From Candidatus Subterrananammoxibius californiae (GTDB lineage: Bacteria; Planctomycetota; Brocadiia; Brocadiales; Subterrananammoxibiaceae), in contig JAURAC010000015.1 in assembly GCA_030586555.1 (NCBI GenBank), forward strand, positions 1 through 64,000: DNA of 64,000 bases, written 5' to 3'. Shown one piece after another: positions 52,538-62,690 of the stretch; position 1 is the first letter of the stretch; each line of letters opens with the position of its first letter. The notes under the pieces were generated by a model. The model did no database searches and had not been told where the DNA came from. It was given only the letters and a program-made list of their open reading frames with translations. A program made the position numbers and the translations under genes.

Positions 52538-53032
52538 ATGCACCAATTATTTATTGTTATTCCTGTAGCTGTTTTTGTTATTGCCTTAGTTGTTTTTGTT
52601 CTTTATAGAAGGCGGACGCGTGCTGGCAAGTCAGAGGGCGTTACTCAAAAACGTGAATATTTCAGGGCGGACGTGCTTGAACCGGAGGCATTTATCGTCA
52701 TAATTGAACTTGATGCTGGCAGCCTTACCGGATGCAGGCTAATGAATATTAGTATAGGTGGCGCTGGTATATTGGCTGTTCGGCATCCGATTGTTCTTGA
52801 AATAGGTTCGAGGATAAAAGAGATTAAGGTTGTGTTTCCGAGTGGCGAAGAAATAAGGTCTTCGGCAATTGTAAAGCATGCTTTAAGAGAATCCGATTCT
52901 GACTGGAATAGGTATGGGATACAATTTACAGACCTATCAGATGCTCAAAGCAGTATTGTGGCAAAATACGTAGTTCAGCTTGAAGCTAAAAAGATTAAAG
53001 AGCAGCGAACCGTGCCAACTAAGGAAGGGTAG
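52538..53032 (+). CDS. Membrane-anchored PilZ-domain protein
   Basis: N-terminal TM; RxxxR (REYFR), NISIGG and YGIQF. Confidence 0.8.
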   Translation: MHQLFIVIPVAVFVIALVVFVLYRRRTRAGKSEGVTQKREYFRADVLEPEAFIVIIELDAGSLTGCRLMNISIGGAGILAVRHPIVLEIGSRIKEIKVVFPSGEEIRSSAIVKHALRESDSDWNRYGIQFTDLSDAQSSIVAKYVVQLEAKKIKEQRTVPTKEG

Positions 53033-53092
53033 ACAACGAGGTTTTACCTCGTTGAATCAACGAACATAAAGTTCGTTGTCCACGGAATAGAA

Positions 53093-55522
53093 CTATAGTT
53101 TTAGCGATACAAGCCCTGCCGTAACGTATAACCCTGCCCCAATAATTAAAACGGCATCAAACCCAAGATGTATCGCAAGAATCAGACCGATAATGGGGCT
53201 AAGCACCGAGGCACAGCCGTTAATGCCCCATGCCCATGGGATAAAATTTGGTCCGCTTGAGGCGGATTGGGAGACTTTTGTAAGGCCTATAGGAAATGGC
53301 ATGCCCATAAAGAATGATACTGGCGCTAACATAACAATAGTAATTATAATCTTGACCCATGGGCTAATAAACCCAATACCCTTAAAAACTGTATCGAGAG
53401 AGATTATGTAGAAAAGAAGTAACACGATAATGGCTGTAATTACAAATTTAAAGCGTCCTTGCCCTGCAAATATTTCTAATTTTGAGGCGTAAGCCCCAAG
53501 TCCTGCAAATAATAAAAAAGTGGATATGACCACGGATGTCGCATAGATAGGATGGGCAAGGAAGAACACAAATTTCTGCATAAGCGCAATCTCAATAAAC
53601 ATGAAGGCGAGTCCAAGACATGTGAAATAAGTAAATATTGAGAACCTCTCCGCCTGAGGCGGATTACCCTTTTCAAGACGTGGCAAAAACATCAGAGGCA
53701 AAAGTATTAAAGCGGTGCTTATGATAATCGCCTGAATCAGAGTTGCTATCAGGATAATATATCCCCATTCTACAAATGGAATCCATTCCCGTCCCATCGT
53801 CCTTAATAACAGGGGAAGCGATTTCCACTTGAAAAAGTGAAAGAAGTACGGTCTGTCATCCGTGGCTGGCATTATATTGAAGATATAACTCCTGTAAAAA
53901 TCCTTCCTTTTACTTGATAAAATTTCCTTTGCATAGTCATAATAGCTCGGCTTATCCAGTATGTTATAGAGATTAACCTCCTGTTCTGTAACGCCCGGAT
54001 AATATATAACGTCGAAAAGTCTGGATGAGCAAAACGATTTCATCTTAAGTATATCACCGGTATCAAATGGCGTTGACTTTATTACGAGTGTCGCCGTTGC
54101 CCAGCTTCTTATAAAGATTAGATGCTTGAACGGTTGGTCAAACCCGATGCGTTCAAGAGCCTCTACAGCCGTTGCAAACATTTTAACATTGTCCCTCGGC
54201 GGCAGTTTAATCCATCTGGTTATGGCAAGAACACCTCCTTTATTAAGATGTTTCATAAAGGTCTCTAATGCCTCCACTGTGTAGAGGTAGCTTTCAGACA
54301 GGGCATAAACACCTGCACTGGATGTGCTGAGGGAATCTAATAACGAGAGTTGAATGAGGTCATAATTCTTTCTTGTTGATTCAATATAGCCTCTTGCCTC
54401 CATTATATGGATATTTATATTTGGCATAGAATAAATGCCATTTGAAAACTCCCCGTAAACGTCCTTAACAAGTTTTATTACATCGGGGTTTAACTCAACG
54501 CCGTCAATTTGTCGGGCATCGTGGTAATACGCAAGCAGGACATCGCCACCCCCGCCGGTTCCCATAACAAGTACACTTGGCTTTTCTACAAAGCAATACG
54601 GAAGGGCAGAGGTTGTCCAGTCAAGATAATCTAATCTTTTCTTATCATGCGTGAAATTAGTAATAGCACTTGCCGAATCACCGTCAACGAAGATGCCGAG
54701 CTGTTCAGGAATTGTTCCTGTGTAGTTCAAACTGAGTCCTGGCGCAAACCTTATGGCAGGGCTTGACACAACGTGGATTACCCCAAGGGGACTTGACTCT
54801 TTTGCCTGTATCTTTGCATCTGGGAAATTCAGGGTTGAACAGAGCGATTTGTATTGCGAAATGTTTAGCACGGTGTCTCGAGAGAAAAGGAAAAAGTAAC
54901 CCCCAGAAAAGATGATAAATAGCACCGAAAGGGTGGCATGGACAAACTTGTTTGTCCGTGTTGCCCAAAGGCTCGTTAACCAGGGTATAGCCATCCCTAT
55001 AAGTGCACAAATAGAAACGAAGAAAAATATTTGCTGCAATTCTATGCAGTACATGAGGAATACAACGCCCATAGCCCCAACCCCAGAACCAACCATATTA
55101 TAAAAGTATACCTTGTTTATATGTTCTTTAAAGCGTAGGAATGTCAGACCTATGCAGATAGAGGCAAAGAAGAAGGGGATAGAGAGGTTCAAATAAAATT
55201 CAAATAGATAAAGGAGTTGACGCCTTTCCCAGACAATGAAAAAGGGGTCAAATTTTATCTTCTGGCATACCCGGAAAGATATAATAATTGAAAGGGCAAA
55301 TAAAAAGGCGCAAATCAGGAAAACGGCGTTAAAATGCTTTAAAAGCCTTCTTTGCAGGATGGCTATAAACGTTCCACTTGCCCCGAACCCAAGCAGCGCA
55401 ATGCTTATAACCATATAGGCGAAATGATACCATTGCGTTATTGAGAACATCCTCATAAGCGCAATCTCAAAGGCAAGAATTGAGACGGAGATTAATAGGA
55501 TGGAAATGTAGATGGAAAGCAT
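53093..55522 (-). CDS. Membrane protein with a central spermidine-synthase-like SAM-binding domain
   Basis: TM blocks at both ends; GTGGGGD, GVELNP, EAR, YDLIQ, SESYLYT.E, PATDDRPYF and WAWGING. Confidence 0.8.
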   Translation of the reverse strand: MLSIYISILLISVSILAFEIALMRMFSITQWYHFAYMVISIALLGFGASGTFIAILQRRLLKHFNAVFLICAFLFALSIIISFRVCQKIKFDPFFIVWERRQLLYLFEFYLNLSIPFFFASICIGLTFLRFKEHINKVYFYNMVGSGVGAMGVVFLMYCIELQQIFFFVSICALIGMAIPWLTSLWATRTNKFVHATLSVLFIIFSGGYFFLFSRDTVLNISQYKSLCSTLNFPDAKIQAKESSPLGVIHVVSSPAIRFAPGLSLNYTGTIPEQLGIFVDGDSASAITNFTHDKKRLDYLDWTTSALPYCFVEKPSVLVMGTGGGGDVLLAYYHDARQIDGVELNPDVIKLVKDVYGEFSNGIYSMPNINIHIMEARGYIESTRKNYDLIQLSLLDSLSTSSAGVYALSESYLYTVEALETFMKHLNKGGVLAITRWIKLPPRDNVKMFATAVEALERIGFDQPFKHLIFIRSWATATLVIKSTPFDTGDILKMKSFCSSRLFDVIYYPGVTEQEVNLYNILDKPSYYDYAKEILSSKRKDFYRSYIFNIMPATDDRPYFFHFFKWKSLPLLLRTMGREWIPFVEWGYIILIATLIQAIIISTALILLPLMFLPRLEKGNPPQAERFSIFTYFTCLGLAFMFIEIALMQKFVFFLAHPIYATSVVISTFLLFAGLGAYASKLEIFAGQGRFKFVITAIIVLLLFYIISLDTVFKGIGFISPWVKIIITIVMLAPVSFFMGMPFPIGLTKVSQSASSGPNFIPWAWGINGCASVLSPIIGLILAIHLGFDAVLIIGAGLYVTAGLVSLKL

Positions 55523-55593
55523 AGGTTATGGGTTATAGGCATAGGTTATAGATGGGTGGCATGGACAAACTTGTTTGTCCGTGCCGTTAGTAT

Positions 55594-56319
55594 TTAATGT
55601 TTTCCAAGCAGTGGTACAAAGCGCACCGGAAGCACGTTTTTGACGATTATCTTTTCATCCTTGTCCTTCATTACAAGCATGAGATTTTGAACTTGATATA
55701 CAGTACCTATTGGAATAGCCATCCTTCCACCTGGTTTAAGCTGCTGTATAAGTGGCGGAGGGATATGATTTGCCGCCGCAGTAACGATAATGGCGTCAAA
55801 AGGTGCGTGTTCAGGCAAGCCGAAATATCCATCTCCAACCTTCACCGCAACGTTGGAATATTTCATCTCCTCAAGCCTTTTTTTTGCCTTTATGCCCAGT
55901 TCCTCGATGATTTCAATGGTATAAACCTGTTTAACAATCTTTGAGAGCACGGCTGCCTGATACCCTGAGCCCGTTCCAATCTCAAGCGCCACAGAATTAC
56001 CATCAACCTCCAATAACTCCGTCATTAATGCAACGATATAAGGTTGCGATATTGTCTGGCCGCATCCAATTGGCACTGGCTGGTCCTCGTAACCGTAATT
56101 TTTGTATTCCTCTGGTACGAACAAATGACGCGGAATGTTTCTCATGGCGTCGAGCACCTTTGGGTCCTTAACACCCCGCGCTGCAATCTGCCCCTCAACC
56201 ATCTCTAACCTTTGCCGTGTGTATTTATCCTCAGACGTGGTGGCATGGACAAACTTGTTTGTCCGTGCAGCTAAAAGGATGGTTAATATTATTAAAGCAT
56301 AACAAGCAATAATTTTCAT
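55594..56319 (-). CDS. pcm: Protein-L-isoaspartate O-methyltransferase with an N-terminal hydrophobic leader
   Basis: PRHLFV, GQTISQPYIVA.M, EIGTGSGYQAA, APFDAI and VRFVPL. Confidence 0.93.
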   Translation of the reverse strand: MKIIACYALIILTILLAARTNKFVHATTSEDKYTRQRLEMVEGQIAARGVKDPKVLDAMRNIPRHLFVPEEYKNYGYEDQPVPIGCGQTISQPYIVALMTELLEVDGNSVALEIGTGSGYQAAVLSKIVKQVYTIEIIEELGIKAKKRLEEMKYSNVAVKVGDGYFGLPEHAPFDAIIVTAAANHIPPPLIQQLKPGGRMAIPIGTVYQVQNLMLVMKDKDEKIIVKNVLPVRFVPLLGKH

Positions 56320-56489
56320 AACTTATTACCTATCTTTTACTATAAATAAATTGAAGCAGTCTTTCAAGCCATTTTAATTTTTTGGTGGCACGGACAAATT
56401 TATTTGTCCGTGTATTTGGTAAAAAGGGAGGGACACAGACAAGCAAGGCTTGTCCATGCCACCCTGCTGTATTTTCGCAGTATTATCTT

Positions 56490-57092
56490 TCAATCCCACA
56501 TCCAGTGCATCTTTTCCCACAACCACTCAAAAAAGTGTAACTCTCTCAGTATCAATATTGTCAACGCAATCCCTGTCGCAACCAATTTCCAAACCTTTTT
56601 GAATGTTGATGCAATCTTCCCACCTTTCCCAGCCTGTGCAGGGAATAAGGTCTTCCGATATTTGACTAATTGTTTTGTTGCTTCACTTTCCGCCTCAGTA
56701 GGGGTTTTGAATCCAGCCAAAGAGTAAGCTTCCCTGCAAGAATAGCCGTTGGTAATTTCTACAGCATAAGGCTTATTTTTTCGCCCTAAAGGTACATCAT
56801 CACGCCAGCTATTCACCCAGCTTGGCTGTTCTGTATATTCTTCCCTGTAACCAGAAAATTTTAACCTGAAAGGTTCGCAATTTACTTTGAGGGACAAGCG
56901 ATTGATTTCTTGTAGGACTGTTACAAACTCCTTATCGCACTCCTTGTCTCTATTCAAGAGACCTTGTTTATCCTCTTGAAACCCAAAATGATCTTTGATT
57001 ACACTGACAAACAAGTTTACGTATTGTTCACATTTAGAGTTTAATACTTTGACAGGTTTTTCTTGATTTGACACGCGTTGTTCTCCTAACAA
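56490..57092 (-). CDS. Hypothetical protein with C-terminal TM segment
   Basis: 200-aa ORF filling the gap; no recognised motif; start uncertain. Confidence 0.5.
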   Translation of the reverse strand: MLGEQRVSNQEKPVKVLNSKCEQYVNLFVSVIKDHFGFQEDKQGLLNRDKECDKEFVTVLQEINRLSLKVNCEPFRLKFSGYREEYTEQPSWVNSWRDDVPLGRKNKPYAVEITNGYSCREAYSLAGFKTPTEAESEATKQLVKYRKTLFPAQAGKGGKIASTFKKVWKLVATGIALTILILRELHFFEWLWEKMHWMWD

Positions 57093-57289
57093 CTCTCCAA
57101 GGTGAATAGTGAGGCAGGTGGTAGAGATTGCTACTTTTTAGTATTACACTATCTCACTTACCTTTTAAACTATATAGATTGAAACAGGGTTTCAAAATAT
57201 TTTAACCTTTATGGTGGGCTTTATCAATAGCTGAACAGCACGGACAAATGAATTTGTCCATGCCACCCTGCCTACTCAAGACTCATGAC

Positions 57290-58009
57290 TCACAACTCAT
57301 ACGACTCTTTTGCAATCTCTAATATTTTATCAATGTTTACTGTGGAGGCGAGGAGGTCGCCTATTTTGTGGTATGATTCAATTTGAGGGCAGGGAAACCC
57401 TGCCCCTACTTCATGACTGGTAACAAGGCCAAGATGTCTTTCTGGGATGGTAATTTTTGTGTCTTTAGGCAGGTAACCAAGTAGGGGCACGTTGCAACGT
57501 GCCCCTACATAACTCCTAATCGCCTCAAAATGTTCTTTACTCCCAATATTATTTAAGATAACCCCTGCTATTTTTACCTCCGGGTCAAAATTTATATACC
57601 CAAGCACTACAGCCCCGGCGCTCCTCGCCATGCCTTTTGCATCCACGATCAGTATTACAGGTGTTCTTAGTATCTTTGCCAGATGTGCACTGCTTCCAGC
57701 TTCTCCATCAATTAAATGACCATCGTAAAGCCCCATCACACCTTCAATGATAGATATATCTGCCTTCGCTGCGGCACGCTTAAAGAGTTTGATACATACA
57801 TCACCCCCCATTATCCATGTATCAAGATTGCGTGACGGAATGCCTGTAACGGCAGTGTGATGTCCAGGGTCAATGTAATCGGGACCCACCTTGAAGCCTT
57901 GAACTTTATAGCCTCTTTGTGTAAGGGCAGACATTAGCCCGAGGGTAACTGTGGTCTTACCCACACCGCTGTGTGTGCCTGCAATCATTAATCGGAGAAG
58001 TTTATTCAT
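57290..58009 (-). CDS. cbiA: Cobyrinate a,c-diamide synthase, N-terminal synthetase domain only
   Basis: SGVGKTT, FKVGPDYIDP, IEGVMGLYDG and PERHLGL; ends before the glutaminase domain. Confidence 0.85.
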   Translation of the reverse strand: MNKLLRLMIAGTHSGVGKTTVTLGLMSALTQRGYKVQGFKVGPDYIDPGHHTAVTGIPSRNLDTWIMGGDVCIKLFKRAAAKADISIIEGVMGLYDGHLIDGEAGSSAHLAKILRTPVILIVDAKGMARSAGAVVLGYINFDPEVKIAGVILNNIGSKEHFEAIRSYVGARCNVPLLGYLPKDTKITIPERHLGLVTSHEVGAGFPCPQIESYHKIGDLLASTVNIDKILEIAKESYEL

Positions 58010-58061
58010 TTTTAGAATACTTGTACCACGGACAAACAAGTTTGTCCATGCCACCCAGTTT

Positions 58062-59048
58062 TTAATGTTTTACAAGCCTTGCAATAGTTAGTACGGTACA
58101 TGCCAGAGTAACTGCTATTATAGAGGCTGCGTAAAGAATTTTAATGGCAACTCTGAGCTTTTCGGTGGTTAATGGCTCCAGGTCATCCCCAATGAAGGGC
58201 TTATCGCACAATTCGCCATTATACGTGCTGGGCCCGCCCAGTTGAACGCCGAGCGCTCCGGCATAAGCAGCCTCAGGGATACCGCTATTAGGACTTGGAT
58301 GTTTGCGACCGTTTCTAATGATTATGTAAAAAGATTTCTGGAAATTTGTCCCGCAAAAATATGCTGCAAAGGGTAAGAACCTCGCTGCTATTCTGGCAGG
58401 GATATAGTTTGCAAGGTCATCAAGCCTCGCTGATGCCCAGCCAAATTTCAAATACTTTTCGTTCTTATATCCCACCATAGAATCAAGTGTGTTTACCGCT
58501 TTGTAAGCCATAGCGAGTGGGGGACCACCAATGGCTGCATAAAACAGCGGCGAAAAGAATCCATCCACGGTGTTTTCAGCTACGCTCTCTATGCAAGCCC
58601 TGATTATCTGCTCCTCATTAAGACGTTTGGTATCCCTCCCAACAATCCTTGATAGGTTAGAGCGAGCCTTATCAATGTCGCCAGCTTCTAATGCCCTGAG
58701 TACGCTTTGCGCCTCTACCGCAAGACCACGAACGGAGAAGGTATAGTAAAGTATAATAGTGCCAACGATAACATCAACCGTATCGTGCAATCCACCAAGT
58801 ACGGATGTAATCAAATATGTTGTTAGATATGTTCCTGTTACTATGATAAAAGTTAAGATTAGTCCTGAAATCCTTTCGGGAATCCACAACTGTCTTAGTT
58901 TTTGTTCAAGGAACATAATTGCCTTTCCGATAATTCTTACGGGGTGAGGCGATGTTTCGCTTCGCTCAATCTTCGACTCTACAGTATCACCACCTAAAAG
59001 TTCGACCATGTAAGCAATCATTATTTCAATTGGCAGAAATTGGGACAT
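58062..59048 (-). CDS. cbiB: Adenosylcobinamide-phosphate synthase
   Basis: PHPV, IVGRDT, ESVAEN..DG, YKAVNTLDSMVGY and SPNSG.PEAA. Confidence 0.93.
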   Translation of the reverse strand: MSQFLPIEIMIAYMVELLGGDTVESKIERSETSPHPVRIIGKAIMFLEQKLRQLWIPERISGLILTFIIVTGTYLTTYLITSVLGGLHDTVDVIVGTIILYYTFSVRGLAVEAQSVLRALEAGDIDKARSNLSRIVGRDTKRLNEEQIIRACIESVAENTVDGFFSPLFYAAIGGPPLAMAYKAVNTLDSMVGYKNEKYLKFGWASARLDDLANYIPARIAARFLPFAAYFCGTNFQKSFYIIIRNGRKHPSPNSGIPEAAYAGALGVQLGGPSTYNGELCDKPFIGDDLEPLTTEKLRVAIKILYAASIIAVTLACTVLTIARLVKH

Positions 59049-59057
59049 TAGTCCTCC

Positions 59058-59094
59058 TGTCATTGCGAGCGACTAAAAGGAGCGAAGCAATCTC
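59058..59094. repeat. TGTCATTGCGAG...GAAGCAATCTC element
   Basis: Imperfect palindrome sharing a GAGCGAAGC core with 38563-38575, 46645-46670 and 58952-58977. Confidence 0.6.
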
Positions 59095-59095
59095 C

Positions 59096-60658
59096 TTATT
59101 TTAAACCCAGCCTCTTATAAATTAAATTCATCTTGATATTATTCCTGACGATATCAGCCAGATTATCGTAATGTATTTCCTTTTTATGTGCTGTGAGATT
59201 CTTCTCTTCACTCAGCATGATAGAAAGGGGGGAAAGACCCTTTTTCTTACGGAGAAAGTTTATAAGTTGGGAACGAAACTCGTCATTATCAAATATTCCA
59301 TGAAAATAGGTTCCCCAGTGCATGCCGTCATGTGAAACTGCTCCGTCAGGCACATCCACAGGCTTATCCGAACGTTCTGTAATACGCAATAACGGTCTTA
59401 TACCATTATTCAAAATAGTTCTACCCATGTGGATTTCATAGCCCGTAAGTGTATTCTGTGTGCTGAATAGCAGGGTGTCTGGAAGCAAATTTGCCTTTGC
59501 CTGATAGGTGCATTTTTCTGGTAGGAAGGTTGTGGTGACATCAAGAAGCCCCATTCCTTGAATCCTTGCATGGTTTGATTCAACACACTCCACGTCCAGA
59601 ATCTCCTTACCCATCATTTGATAACCTCCGCATATTCCAATTATCATAGTAGGGGCGTGGCGTGCCGTGTCCCTACATTTAATAATAGCATTTTCAAGCC
59701 CATTAGCACGAATCCACAACAGGTCGCCTATGGTATTCTTTGTCCCCGGCAGGATAATCACATCAGGGTTTCCTAAACCGTTAGTATCATCAACGTATCT
59801 AATACTCACGCCATTATGATGCTCAAACGAATCGAAATCTGTAAAGTTTGAGATTCTTGGGAGTTTAATTATCGCAATGTCAATAATCTCCCCTTGCCCC
59901 CCTTTAGCAAAGGGGGGTACAGGGGGATTATTATCAAGCGATACAGAATCCTCGTCATCTATGCTCAGACCATTAATAAAAGGAACAAGTCCTAAGACCT
60001 GCTTGCCTGTACGCCTTTCGAGCATATCTATACCCGGTTGCAATATTGCCGGGTCGCCTCTGAACTTATTAAAAACAATGCCAAATATGTGATTCCTTTC
60101 TGTCTCATTCAATAGCTCGAAGGTTCCCACAATCCATGCAAAGGCGCCGCCCCTGTCTATATCCGTTACAAGGACAACCGGGGCATCTGCAATCTCCGCC
60201 ATCTTCATATTTACTATATCGTTTTCCTTTAGATTAATCTCAGCAGGGCTTCCGGCTCCTTCTATCACGATTATGTCAAACTGGCTTGCTAAGGTATTAT
60301 AAGCATCCTTTACAATGACAAGCATTTCGCCCTTACACTTATAATATTCCTGTGCAGACATATTTCTCAGGGGCTTTCCCATGACAACCACTTGAGAGCC
60401 GCAATCTCCAATAGGCTTTAACAGGATGGGGTTCATCTCAACCATCGGGTCCACACCCGCCGCCTCTGCCTGAGCTACCTGAGCGCGCCCCATTTCCTTG
60501 CCATCCTTTGTTACAAAGGAATTGAGCGACATATTCTGTGCCTTAAATGGGGCAACACGATACCCATCTTGTGAAAGGATACGGCACAAGGCACATGCAA
60601 TTATGCTTTTACCAACGTTTGAACCCGTACCTTGAATCATCAGGGATTTTGCTCGCAT
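59096..60658 (-). CDS. cbiP: Cobyric acid synthase
   Basis: QGTGSNVGKS, PFKAQNMSLNS, EGAGSPAEINL, GICGGYQM, GYEIH and GTYFHG. Confidence 0.95.
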   Translation of the reverse strand: MRAKSLMIQGTGSNVGKSIIACALCRILSQDGYRVAPFKAQNMSLNSFVTKDGKEMGRAQVAQAEAAGVDPMVEMNPILLKPIGDCGSQVVVMGKPLRNMSAQEYYKCKGEMLVIVKDAYNTLASQFDIIVIEGAGSPAEINLKENDIVNMKMAEIADAPVVLVTDIDRGGAFAWIVGTFELLNETERNHIFGIVFNKFRGDPAILQPGIDMLERRTGKQVLGLVPFINGLSIDDEDSVSLDNNPPVPPFAKGGQGEIIDIAIIKLPRISNFTDFDSFEHHNGVSIRYVDDTNGLGNPDVIILPGTKNTIGDLLWIRANGLENAIIKCRDTARHAPTMIIGICGGYQMMGKEILDVECVESNHARIQGMGLLDVTTTFLPEKCTYQAKANLLPDTLLFSTQNTLTGYEIHMGRTILNNGIRPLLRITERSDKPVDVPDGAVSHDGMHWGTYFHGIFDNDEFRSQLINFLRKKKGLSPLSIMLSEEKNLTAHKKEIHYDNLADIVRNNIKMNLIYKRLGLK

Positions 60659-62602
60659 TTAATGCACTCCAAAAATATTTTTTAGCTCTTTGAGGAGTCT
60701 GAGGTTTTCGTCCCTCGTTCTAACTGCAATCCGAAAGTATTGCTCATCGAGGCCCCTGAAATTTGAGCAATCACGAATAACTAAACCACTTTTTATCAAT
60801 TGAGTATAAAGATTGGAAACCTGCAGATTGGGTCTATCAATTCTTACTAACATAAAATTTGCTGAGGGATAAAAAGGATAGAGTCCTTCTATCCGTGAAA
60901 TCTGCTCATATAGAAAGCGCTTCTCTGCCGAGATAAACATTCTGCTTCGCTTTATAAAGTCCTCGTCATTCATTGCTGCCTTCCCGGCGAGTTGTGCAAT
61001 GGCATTTACCGTCCATGGCTCCTTAAATCTTTTTATTCTATCTACTATTGTTTCATGTGCAACAAGAAAACCGAGCCTTAGACCAGGCATGCCAAAAAAT
61101 TTTGTTAACGAGCAAATAACCACAAGATTTTTAATTTTGCCTGCATCCTTTAGGACGCTGTAAGATTCTTGTTCCTCAACAAAATTCATAAATGACTCAT
61201 CAACAACGATTGTTGCATTGGCAAAGTATTCAGCCAAATCTAATATCCTTACCCTTTCAGTGAGTTGGCTGGTTGGGTTATTCGGGTTGCACAAGAAAAT
61301 TAAGGCAGGAGGGGAACCGTTCAGTTTTGCATAATCAAGGCTGAATTGGAATGAAGTCTTTTCATTCAAGATAATCTCAGATGCCTCAGTGTGAACAAGT
61401 TGCAAGGCATTAATGTAGTCACTGAACGTGGGCTGAAATACCAGCGCTTTCCTCGGGTGTAATGTACGAGGCGTTAAATAAATAAGCTCTGTTGAACCAT
61501 TGCCTACAATAATCTCGCATTCTCTGTGGCAAGTCTTTTCTGCAATAATATGTTTCAATTCAGCACAATCAGTATCGGGATAATGAAGGATTGTGTCGGA
61601 CACATTACGAATGGCATCCTGCACACTTTTTGAATATCCGAGTGGATTAATACTTGCGCTAAAGTCCAGAATATTCTCTGGTTTTAGCCCATAGGTTGCA
61701 CAAATCTTTGTGATATTGCCACCGTGACCGTCTACCGAAGGCTGAGGGCTGAAGGCTGAAGGCTGAGGGCTGAAGGAGATAGGAAGCATTTTTACCAATA
61801 AATTACGCGCCTGTCCTATTGTAAGAGGCAAATCTTCTATATGCACATCCTGTCGAAGAAGGGTAAATAACTGGGCAATCTGAGGAAGTTCAAGTTTCGA
61901 CGCCGTAACAATCTCTGGAACTGCAAAGATGTCTTCAGGCTTACCCTCCGTGACAATCCTTCCAGAGTCCATAATAGCAATGTGGTTCATAAAGACTGGC
62001 ACAAGGTCAACGTCATGGGTCGCCATGATTATGGTAATGCCTCGTTTCGCATTTAGATTTTTGAGAAGCTGCATTATAGAGGTAACGCCTGCAGGGTCGA
62101 GGTCGCTTGTTGGTTCATCCAGTACGAGCACATCTGGATTCATCGCAAGGATGCCAGCAATGCAAACCCTTTTGCGCTGACCGTGGCTGAGGTGGTGGAT
62201 AGGTTTGCGAGCGTATGCAGTCATTTCAACTAATTTGAGCGCCATTTCTACCCTCGATTTTACTTCCTCTGGACTCAGCTTGAGATTCATAGGACCAAAC
62301 GCCACATCCTGCTCAACCGTTAGGGCGAAAAGCTGGTCATTAGCGTCCTGGAATACCATACCGACCCGACTAAATATCTCAGCGGGTGGGATTGATTTTA
62401 AATCCCTCCCGTCTATTGCTACGCAGCCAATATCTGGCTTGAGAAGTCCGTTAAGGTGCTTAAGGAGAGTTGTTTTACCAGAGCCGTTGGGCCCCAATAT
62501 GCCGAGAAATTCCCCCTTCTTAACCGTGATATTAACACCATTCAGCGCCTTTGTGCCATCGGGGTATGTGTATTGGAGATTTTCTACTTTGATTAAAGTC
62601 AT
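60659..62602 (-). CDS. Fusion of the cobalt ECF transporter ATPase CbiO with threonine-phosphate decarboxylase CobD
   Basis: N-terminal GPNGSGKTT, LSHGQRKR and LDEPT; C-terminal HGGN, DFSASINP, CNPNNPT, SLTKFFG.PGLRLG and IRDCSNF. Confidence 0.9.
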   Translation of the reverse strand: MTLIKVENLQYTYPDGTKALNGVNITVKKGEFLGILGPNGSGKTTLLKHLNGLLKPDIGCVAIDGRDLKSIPPAEIFSRVGMVFQDANDQLFALTVEQDVAFGPMNLKLSPEEVKSRVEMALKLVEMTAYARKPIHHLSHGQRKRVCIAGILAMNPDVLVLDEPTSDLDPAGVTSIMQLLKNLNAKRGITIIMATHDVDLVPVFMNHIAIMDSGRIVTEGKPEDIFAVPEIVTASKLELPQIAQLFTLLRQDVHIEDLPLTIGQARNLLVKMLPISFSPQPSAFSPQPSVDGHGGNITKICATYGLKPENILDFSASINPLGYSKSVQDAIRNVSDTILHYPDTDCAELKHIIAEKTCHRECEIIVGNGSTELIYLTPRTLHPRKALVFQPTFSDYINALQLVHTEASEIILNEKTSFQFSLDYAKLNGSPPALIFLCNPNNPTSQLTERVRILDLAEYFANATIVVDESFMNFVEEQESYSVLKDAGKIKNLVVICSLTKFFGMPGLRLGFLVAHETIVDRIKRFKEPWTVNAIAQLAGKAAMNDEDFIKRSRMFISAEKRFLYEQISRIEGLYPFYPSANFMLVRIDRPNLQVSNLYTQLIKSGLVIRDCSNFRGLDEQYFRIAVRTRDENLRLLKELKNIFGVH

Positions 62603-62690
62603 TTTCAATTAGGTAGACAACGAACTTTATGTTCGTTGATTTCAATGAGGATAAACCTCGTTGTCTACCAAAAAAATTTTAAAGATTCTT

